Assembly: GCF_011745625.1 (NCBI RefSeq)
Contig: NW_027191470.1
Location: forward strand, 186,001 to 250,000
Direction of reading: 5' to 3'
DNA: 64,000 bases
Origin: Cladosporium halotolerans
Taxonomy: Eukaryota
A program made the position numbers and the translations under genes. Below the pieces are notes generated by a model. That model had not been told where the DNA came from, made no database searches, and worked only from the letters and a program-made list of their open reading frames with translations. This document shows, in pieces, positions 56,944 to 64,000 of the stretch (position 1 is its first letter; the number at the start of each line of letters is the position of its first letter).

Positions 56944-58602
56944 TTAGACTTTCTCGACTGGAGATCCGCCCCGATCAATGCCGGTGTGATCACGGGCAAC
57001 ATTGTCCACGGCCTCTGCACCGGCAGCTTCGTGGAGATCGACGTCTTCGGCTAGACAGGAAGATCAGCATCCCAACCTTTCCGTGAGGTTTGGTTTTCAA
57101 CTTACCAACGCCCATTTGGCGACCCTTGTACTCCGGCCCAAGAAAAGTCAAAAGGATGACATAGGCAAAGGTGCAGCCCATGAAAATCGCAATGACCGTG
57201 CCGTATTCGTATCTCTCGATGGTCTTGCCATTCTCTTCGATCGGGGGCAAAGGGAAACGTTCGCCAATCCGAGCCTCGATAGTCGAGCTCGCTGAAGAGA
57301 CGAGGTTGCCCAGCTGGTATGAAGTACCAACCACGAAGGTCCTGAAGCTGCCAGGACTTAACTCCATCAAATGGATGGGTATCACGCCCCACGCGCCTTG
57401 AACACATGCCTGTTCAAAGAAGGCCGGAGCAATGACTCGCTCACTCCCGACGAAACCGTACGGATAGATCAAGGCGCCACCGACGACACTGGCAAAAATA
57501 ATGCTAAAGCGACGGCCAAACTTCTGGGAAAGATACCCAATGATTGTTCCGCCGGTCATTGCACCAAGATTGGCTACCACCTGAGTGACAGTCACTGCGT
57601 TTGCAGAGAAGCCGTATTGATTCTCCAGCATGGTTGGGTATAGATCTTGACTACCGTGGGACCTGGCAATCGTTAGCTCCTCTACGAACTCGCAGCAAAC
57701 GCAATACAGGCTTACATGAAGTTCATGCCGGCCATTAGGAGGACCAAGTACACCAGAAGGAGCCAGTGTCGTTTCAGAGCGACTTTGCCCTCGTTAACAA
57801 AGGTCTTTCCAACATTCTGACCAGCGGATCGAACTCGTTGGCGCTCAATGTAGGCATCAGTCTCCGGCAAACACAGACGGAAGGCGATAAAGAGTACCGG
57901 CGGGCAAGCGCCAAACCAGAAAAGCGGCCTCCATCCATGAGGAGTCGTGTTTACCAGCGCACGTGCAAAGACGGTTGCAAGCAAGTATCCAAACGCGTAG
58001 CCCTGTTGGAGCATGCCGGAGACGATTCCCCTGGCTCTCTCTGGGCAGTCTTCCAACGCTGTGGCCGCAACGTTGCCATAAAGGCCACCCATTGCGATGC
58101 CGAACAATGCGCGGACTGCTAGAAATTGCTCGTATGTGTTACAAAAGCCCGTTCCCAGCTCAAGGACAATAAACAGGATGTTGTTCACCACAAATGGCCA
58201 TCTCCTCCCGTATCGGTCTGCTGCGATTCCGAACACAATTGCGCCGACCGATCGGAACATGAGTACAAGAGTGATACCCCAGGTAATGTCAGTCTTGGAT
58301 TTACCGAAGCTCTCAGCTAAGTCGGACACCACCAAAGACACCGTGAAGAAGTCGAACGCGTCCCAAGTCCAAGCAGTAAATGCGCACAGGAAGAAAAGCC
58401 ACTGTTTCGGGCTTAAGAGTCGCAGGACGGTGATCGGGTTCTCGACCTTGTCCATAGGTGGTTTCAGCGTCGTGATCCTGGTGGCCAAGTACCGCCCGAT
58501 CCCCATCTTGTGCCGGGTCTCGCCAGTGGCTGGAAGGGGCGCATCGTCGCGACGGTCTTCATGGTACTCTGGCGACGAAGACTCGCCTTTGTCGTACGAC
58601 AT
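56944..58602 (-). CDS. JEN1: MFS carboxylate/H+ symporter (Jen1/SHS family); exons 58602-57716, 57662-57106, 57050-56944
   Basis: AWTWDAFDFF, ADRYGRR, GMLQQGY, the Jen1 signature NFMSHGSQDLYPT formed across intron 1, YQLGNLVSSASSTIE. Confidence 0.9.
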
Positions 58603-59884
58603 GCTGTCTGCATCACCATCTCGTTAGCGATCATGTTTCTTCGACGTGCAGCCACACGTAGAACAAGAAAGCCAAGCCCCTCCAAGCAAAAGCTTAGCCC
58701 TTTCTCACCGCATAGATCTTAGAGAGGCAGGATTCGGATTGTTCCACGTACCTCAATCGAATGCCAATGTCCTAGCGGAATGTCTCCCTCACGGGCGAAG
58801 AGGTCAGATGAGACGATACGTTCAATGAACGGAGCACAAAATCTATCTGCTGCGCGCGGGACGGCCGTGGCATTTGACCTTGTCACATGCCAAGAGCCGA
58901 TCAACCGATTCCCGTTCAACAAGCAAGTCGAAGCTCCATCTGCAGCGCTCGGCAAGTCCCAGTCCACCCACCCACACCTGCCCGCGTGCGCCCCTGCGGG
59001 GTCCCCACCGTCCGACCCCGGACCAATGGTCGAGCCAACTATCAGCCGTTGATGACATGCCTTGCATCTTGCGGCCTGTCATATCGAGGTAATTTTCGGG
59101 AAGACATTCGTCCGCTGCACTTCTCTTCCTTCGCAGCGTGCTAGCTAGGAGCTTATGTCGCATGCCGAGGCTTAGCAGCAGCATGAACACGGGCAGATGG
59201 CATACTTCCGACATTTATGCTGGCGTCCGAGGCAGGCGCAACCGCATTCGCCCGGAGACTCCACAACGTGGATTCAACAACGACCGCATGGAAGTTTCAG
59301 AACCTTTCAATGCAAGCACTTTCGTGACAATGAGAAGTCCAACATCAGGCGCACGATCGCATGGTTACTGTTTGCTTTAGCAAGCTGCCTTGCCTGACCA
59401 CATCTACAGCTCCCGAAACAAGAGCCGAATTGTTATCTGCAGACCGCCCCTCTACCGCACACTGTAACTTTTTGCTGAACACCTCCGGTGTCGGGAGCGC
59501 CACTAGGGTCAAGCGCTTTTGTGTTGTCGCGCCTAGCCCTAAGTGCAGCCTCATCGTCTGGCACGACCGCGGGCGGGGACCTATCTGTCTTAGTCTTGAG
59601 GCTAGATAGCCTCCAAGTTTGCTACCCAAGTCAGAATTCAATGGCTCTTTCCTAGAATTATTGAATCAGCGTGCAGAAAGCTCTGGGGTCTCCCTCATGG
59701 CTGACTGCCCAGACCACGCCCCTGTGATGGCGTTCAACTCACGAATTTCATATGTAAGGTGAGATCTTTGACAAAAACTTGGGTGGGTAATTACATACAT
59801 CATTCGAACATCGCTCGTCGGAGTAAGATGCGTGGCATTTAATATTCTGTCTAACAGCAGCCAGATGAAATGGCAGGGTTAGCT

Positions 59885-60166
59885 CTAGATTGGGCGGGCC
59901 ACGTGCACACTGTTCATTGACAAAGCAGGGGTCAACTGGAAATCAAAACTGCCGCTCTCAGAGCTCGAGCTGCCTTCGCCTGACAACTTCCCAAGCGCAC
60001 CCTGCTCAACATCGTTAGCCGCATTCCTCCGGCTTTTCAAATACCGGAAGCCAAAGTAGACTACAGCAGCGACCATGGGAAGGATAAGAATGGGCAGGCC
60101 GATGCTCAGCAGGAACTGCGTTAACATCTTCGAGCCAATCGCTGGAGCCTTATTACCAGCTTTCAT
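59885..60166 (-). CDS. Putative small single-pass membrane protein (about 80-93 aa; start 60166 or 60127)
   Basis: TM segment FLLSIGLPILILPMVAAVVYFGF followed by basic RYLKSRR and DVEQG, typical of small fungal TM proteins. Confidence 0.5.
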   Translation of the reverse strand: MKAGNKAPAIGSKMLTQFLLSIGLPILILPMVAAVVYFGFRYLKSRRNAANDVEQGALGKLSGEGSSSSESGSFDFQLTPALSMNSVHVARPI

Positions 60167-60990
60167 GTTCTTCGGTTTGCCGATGTGTGTGTGAGGATTT
60201 TCTGCACAGTCGCAGACCGTGTGAGGCAAATGTCGTTGGGGAACGCAAGGTTTGAGGTATTGCAGGACGAAACGCCTGACCGACGAAGGTATTAAGAGAC
60301 ACAGTAAGCATCCATTGTCGGAACGTCTGTCACAAAGGATCATTCTTTGCTTATCACAAAGGATTTAAAACTTAGGTGCCCTAAACAAAGACCTCCAGTC
60401 CCGGTATCAAAGAACCAATCCCTGACCTCAGCCCACCGCGCGCGGGTTCCCAGCGAATCGAAACAGGGGAGTTGTAACTATAGCAGCTATCAGACATGGT
60501 CAAGGGTTGATCGCGCTCATGGTATCTTGGATATCAGGCCCGAAAGGAGATCTGAGATGGATGGGACCGACTGTACTGATAGTCGGAGTGGGAAATCTAA
60601 TATGAATTGGTTTACAGCGATTTCCAACAAAGGGCACACGCGTGCTGTGCTGCCTTTGCACATCTGTTTCGGAAGCGCAACGCAACCATTCAGGTGCACG
60701 AGAGAACACCTTTCTCAAGCAACTGAGTAGATCTCGAAGATTTGAGAACTCGGTCCTCATCAAACAGAGACGGCAAATTGTCAGTCATTACACATATCTA
60801 CGCCATTCCTGGCTTCGAGACTCTGCATCGGCCAGTGGCGCGGATTTATCGGAGATAGCAAGACATGACGTCGTTTCCATCACTTCCCGTAATATGTACA
60901 CTGATGGCATTGATGGACTCAAAAAACATAACCACCAAAGACTCAAGTTCGACGTTACTCCCTCACATTCTGAAATTACAACAACTAAAC

Positions 60991-61842
60991 ATGGCACCTC
61001 AGGTCTTCTTCATCACCGGCACCTCGACCGGCTTCGGCTATTACTACGTTGAGAAGGCTCTCAAGTCCGGCGACAAGGTAGTAGCCACCGCTCGCAACTC
61101 TTCTAAATTATCCTTCCCGGACGCCACGCCTCAAAACTACCTCGCCGTCGACTGCGATGTGACCAAGCAATCCTCTATCGACGCCGCATTCGAAAAGGCG
61201 CTCTCGCAATTCGGCCGCATCGATGTCGTCGTCAACAACGCCGGCTACGGCTTGTCCGGCGAGTTCGAGAGCTTGACCGATGAGCAGATCCGGACGCAGA
61301 TGGAAGTCAACTATTTCGGTTTGCTCAACGTGACCCGCAAGGCACTCGAGACCATGCGTGAGAAGAACTCGCCGCCCGGCGGCCGCATCCAGCAGATCAC
61401 TTCGATCGGTGGCCAGCGTGGCGTGCCGACCTTCTCCATCTACTGCGCCAGCAAGTGGGCCGTCGAGGGCTTCACCGAGGCTGTGCAGCAGGAGCTGAAG
61501 CCGGAATGGGGCATCAAGCTTACCTGCATTGAGCCCGGTGGATTCAGAACTGACTGGGCCGGCCGCTCGATGGATTTCGCAGGCAACAAGAACCCCGCCT
61601 ACGATCACATCAATGCCAAAGAGGCCATGGGCAAGAGGAACGGCACTCAGGCAGGCGACCCTCCGAAGGGCGCGGATGCTATGTGGCAGGTCGCTAAGAT
61701 GGAGGACCCGCCTCTCAGGCTGGTCATTGGCAGTGATGCTCACAAGGCTATCATGGACAAGATCAAGTCTTACAGCGAACTGTACCCGAAGTATGAGAAA
61801 CTGGCCAACAGCTGCGACGTCGATGGCTACGTTCGCCCGTAA
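60991..61842 (+). CDS. Short-chain dehydrogenase/reductase
   Basis: ITGTSTGFG, DVVVNNAGYG, catalytic YCASK, IEPGGFRT. Confidence 0.93.
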   Translation: MAPQVFFITGTSTGFGYYYVEKALKSGDKVVATARNSSKLSFPDATPQNYLAVDCDVTKQSSIDAAFEKALSQFGRIDVVVNNAGYGLSGEFESLTDEQIRTQMEVNYFGLLNVTRKALETMREKNSPPGGRIQQITSIGGQRGVPTFSIYCASKWAVEGFTEAVQQELKPEWGIKLTCIEPGGFRTDWAGRSMDFAGNKNPAYDHINAKEAMGKRNGTQAGDPPKGADAMWQVAKMEDPPLRLVIGSDAHKAIMDKIKSYSELYPKYEKLANSCDVDGYVRP

Positions 61843-61926
61843 ATGGAAGCTGGAATGCCATGCATGATAGAAATATGAGTAATACATGATAATGATATAT
61901 ATACAACGCGGAGCCAGCTCGTCTCA

Positions 61927-64000
61927 TCATTTTTGCAAGCTTTCCAACAGCCCCTCACCATCCTTCTTCGTCTGCACAGCCTTGAAAGCATCACCAGTGA
62001 TGTCCAAGCCCTTCTCCGCCCTCTCAAAAGCCTCATCGCTACGGTCCGTAAGGATTGCCAAATCCTCATCGCTAAGCAGATTCTTGCCCTCGGCGATATC
62101 GATCGCCTCGCCATCAGACTGGCCGAGCAACTTCTGCAACTCCGCAAAGTCAGCGCCGGCAGTGTCGCTGCGCATAGATTTGAAGCGGCCCTTCTGGATC
62201 ACGAGCTTCTCCAATCTGCGCTTGCTGTCGGCCTTCTCCAGAAGCATCTGCTCGACTGTGCCCTTGGTAGCGAAGCGATAGACGATGACAGGCCTTGTCT
62301 GACCGATTCTGTGCGCTCGGTCTTGGGCCTGGAGATCCTGCTGCGGGTTCCAATCGCTGTCGAAGAGAAGCACAGTATCGGCGGCAGCGAGGTTGATGCC
62401 TTGGCCGCCGGCCCGTGTGGACAGGAGGAAGATGTTAGTCTCGCTTTCAGGGTCATTGAAAGACTGGATCTGCTCCTGTCGGTCTACTTGGGCGATTGAG
62501 CCGTCGATGCGGCAAGTCGGCCATCCTCGAAGGACATCGCAGTATGTCTCCAGCAGGTCAAGCTGGGTCTTGAATTGCGAAAATATCAGCACCTTGTGAC
62601 CCTTATTGAGTAACTCTGGCAACAATCGATCCAAAAGGAGCATCTTGCCACTCTCGGTGACCAGGGTTTCGTCCACGGGCGTATTATCATCCATTTCAAA
62701 TGGGTAGTAGAAGTTGTGGGGAGAGTTGCAACATTGCCGCAATTGCATGACTGGGTTCTGGAGCTTCTTCTGGGCAATCTCACGCTTGGCCAGCGCAAGA
62801 GTCTTCGCTCGCTCGCTCTCTTCCTCGTCTTCCTCGTCTCCGTCTGGCAATGGTGACTCAGGCTCTTCTTCCAGCTGTTTGAAGTACTTCGTATCAGATA
62901 GCTCCTCATATTGCTGGTTTTTCTTAGCTTTCCGTGAGCGAGTTCCGCTGCCATTTGCAGTCGCCGGCGTTGACGCGCGGCTTGTCTTGGTACTCTTCGA
63001 CGGCGTTGCAGTCTCGTCACTTGCCTTTCGTTTACGGCTCGTGCTGCGTGTGCTTCCCGGAGTCGCGCTGCGGCTGATACTCTCAACGATTTTGTTTTCC
63101 AGAAACGCCCTGCTGTTGCCGTCAAGAATCTCCTGGTAGAGGTCCCGCTGAGTTTGTGTCAAAGGCGCATAGAGCACGTACTCGCGTTTCTGCGGTAGTG
63201 ATGTCTCTACGTCGGCTTTGATCCTACGCAGCAAGAATGGCTTCAAGACGGCATGGAGACTGGTGACAAGCTTCTTCTGACGGTCTTCCGAAAGAATTTG
63301 TTCGTAGCCGCCCTTCTCCTTCAGCGCGCTGAAATCAAACCACGATTCGAATGATTCGAAATTGTTGAAGATGCTAGGCATCAAGAAATGCAGAAGTGCC
63401 CACAGTTCGGCCAAATTATTTTGAAGCGGTGTTCCAGTGATCAGCAATCGATTCGCGGATTGGTAGGATTGCAGTTCCTGGATAAGTCTGCAGTTCATGT
63501 TCTTGATGCGGTGACCCTCGTCGATAATGATAAACTTCCAGCCATAGTGAGCTAAGTGCTTTCGATCGTTCATGCAGATCTCGTAGCTCGTGCAAATGAC
63601 GGGGAAGTCTTTGCTGCTTGGGTTTCGCAGTCGTTTCTTGCGAAGCTCCTCGCGTTCTTGTTTGCTTCCGTGGTAAAGTACGACAGGGATGTCAGGCGTC
63701 CATTTCTTGAACTCAGCGACCCAATTGCTGGTAGTACTCAGGGGTGCAGCAATGAGGAACGGTCCATTGATGCCCTTCTCCCGCAGGAAAGCAAGGAATG
63801 AGATAACTTGAATCGTCTTTCCTAAACCCATCTCATCTGCCAATATTCCGTTCAGTCCGTTCTCATACAATGACTGTAGCCATTCCAAGCCTTCCAGCTG
63901 GTATGTTCGCATGAGCCCTCCTGTGACCAGATCCGGCTGCTTGGCTGATCGCAAGTCTTGCATGCCAATATCGCTAGGTTTGACATCATCCTTCGACTCC
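61927..64000 (-). CDS. SNF2-family chromatin remodeller of the LSH/DDM1/Irc5 subfamily, 5'-truncated by the window edge
   Basis: LYENGLNGILADEMGLGKT, IIDEGHRIKN, TGTPLQNNL, STRAGGQGINL, DSDWNPQQDLQAQDRAHRIGQ; the frame is open to 64000. Confidence 0.88.
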   Translation of the reverse strand, partial: ESKDDVKPSDIGMQDLRSAKQPDLVTGGLMRTYQLEGLEWLQSLYENGLNGILADEMGLGKTIQVISFLAFLREKGINGPFLIAAPLSTTSNWVAEFKKWTPDIPVVLYHGSKQEREELRKKRLRNPSSKDFPVICTSYEICMNDRKHLAHYGWKFIIIDEGHRIKNMNCRLIQELQSYQSANRLLITGTPLQNNLAELWALLHFLMPSIFNNFESFESWFDFSALKEKGGYEQILSEDRQKKLVTSLHAVLKPFLLRRIKADVETSLPQKREYVLYAPLTQTQRDLYQEILDGNSRAFLENKIVESISRSATPGSTRSTSRKRKASDETATPSKSTKTSRASTPATANGSGTRSRKAKKNQQYEELSDTKYFKQLEEEPESPLPDGDEEDEEESERAKTLALAKREIAQKKLQNPVMQLRQCCNSPHNFYYPFEMDDNTPVDETLVTESGKMLLLDRLLPELLNKGHKVLIFSQFKTQLDLLETYCDVLRGWPTCRIDGSIAQVDRQEQIQSFNDPESETNIFLLSTRAGGQGINLAAADTVLLFDSDWNPQQDLQAQDRAHRIGQTRPVIVYRFATKGTVEQMLLEKADSKRRLEKLVIQKGRFKSMRSDTAGADFAELQKLLGQSDGEAIDIAEGKNLLSDEDLAILTDRSDEAFERAEKGLDITGDAFKAVQTKKDGEGLLESLQK

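Noticed and set aside
9884..64000. Co-occurrence of chromatin genes (two SNF2 ATPases, Rsc8) and of several mitochondrial genes
   Set aside because: They are dispersed among unrelated genes; plausible by chance in a core chromosome region.

Overview
Gene-dense, intron-containing eukaryotic DNA from a filamentous ascomycete (Pezizomycotina; the U2-type GT..CTRAC..YAG introns and protein style suggest a Dothideomycete, which is inference). About 24 protein-coding genes, mostly conserved housekeeping: a sulfite-oxidase-fold Mo enzyme, an AreB/ASD4-type GATA factor, type II PI4-kinase, a Rad5/Rad16-like SNF2-RING helicase, an MMS1-like propeller protein, a Gyp8-like Rab-GAP, an amino acid permease, ETF-alpha, Swi3/Rsc8, mitoribosomal uS4m, Arh1, a P450, a PL3 pectate lyase, IDH2, ERG5, a cyclin K/Ctk2, a TOK K+ channel, a PPR protein, a JEN1-type transporter, an SDR and a partial LSH/DDM1-like ATPase. 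I see no RNA genes, intact mobile elements or biosynthetic gene cluster, and I cannot claim a clearly new biological system. The best leads are: a divergent ERG28-like gene, only partly caught by the ORF track, lying tail-to-tail with ERG5; a Mo enzyme whose active-site motifs match neither sulfite oxidase nor nitrate reductase; GATA-site clusters in the promoter and an intron of the GATA factor itself; a uAUG-loaded 5'UTR intron in JEN1; a frameshifted WD40 pseudogene; and a recurrent C-rich to G-rich switch at gene 3' ends. Exon boundaries were read by eye and family calls come from motif recall, not database searches.
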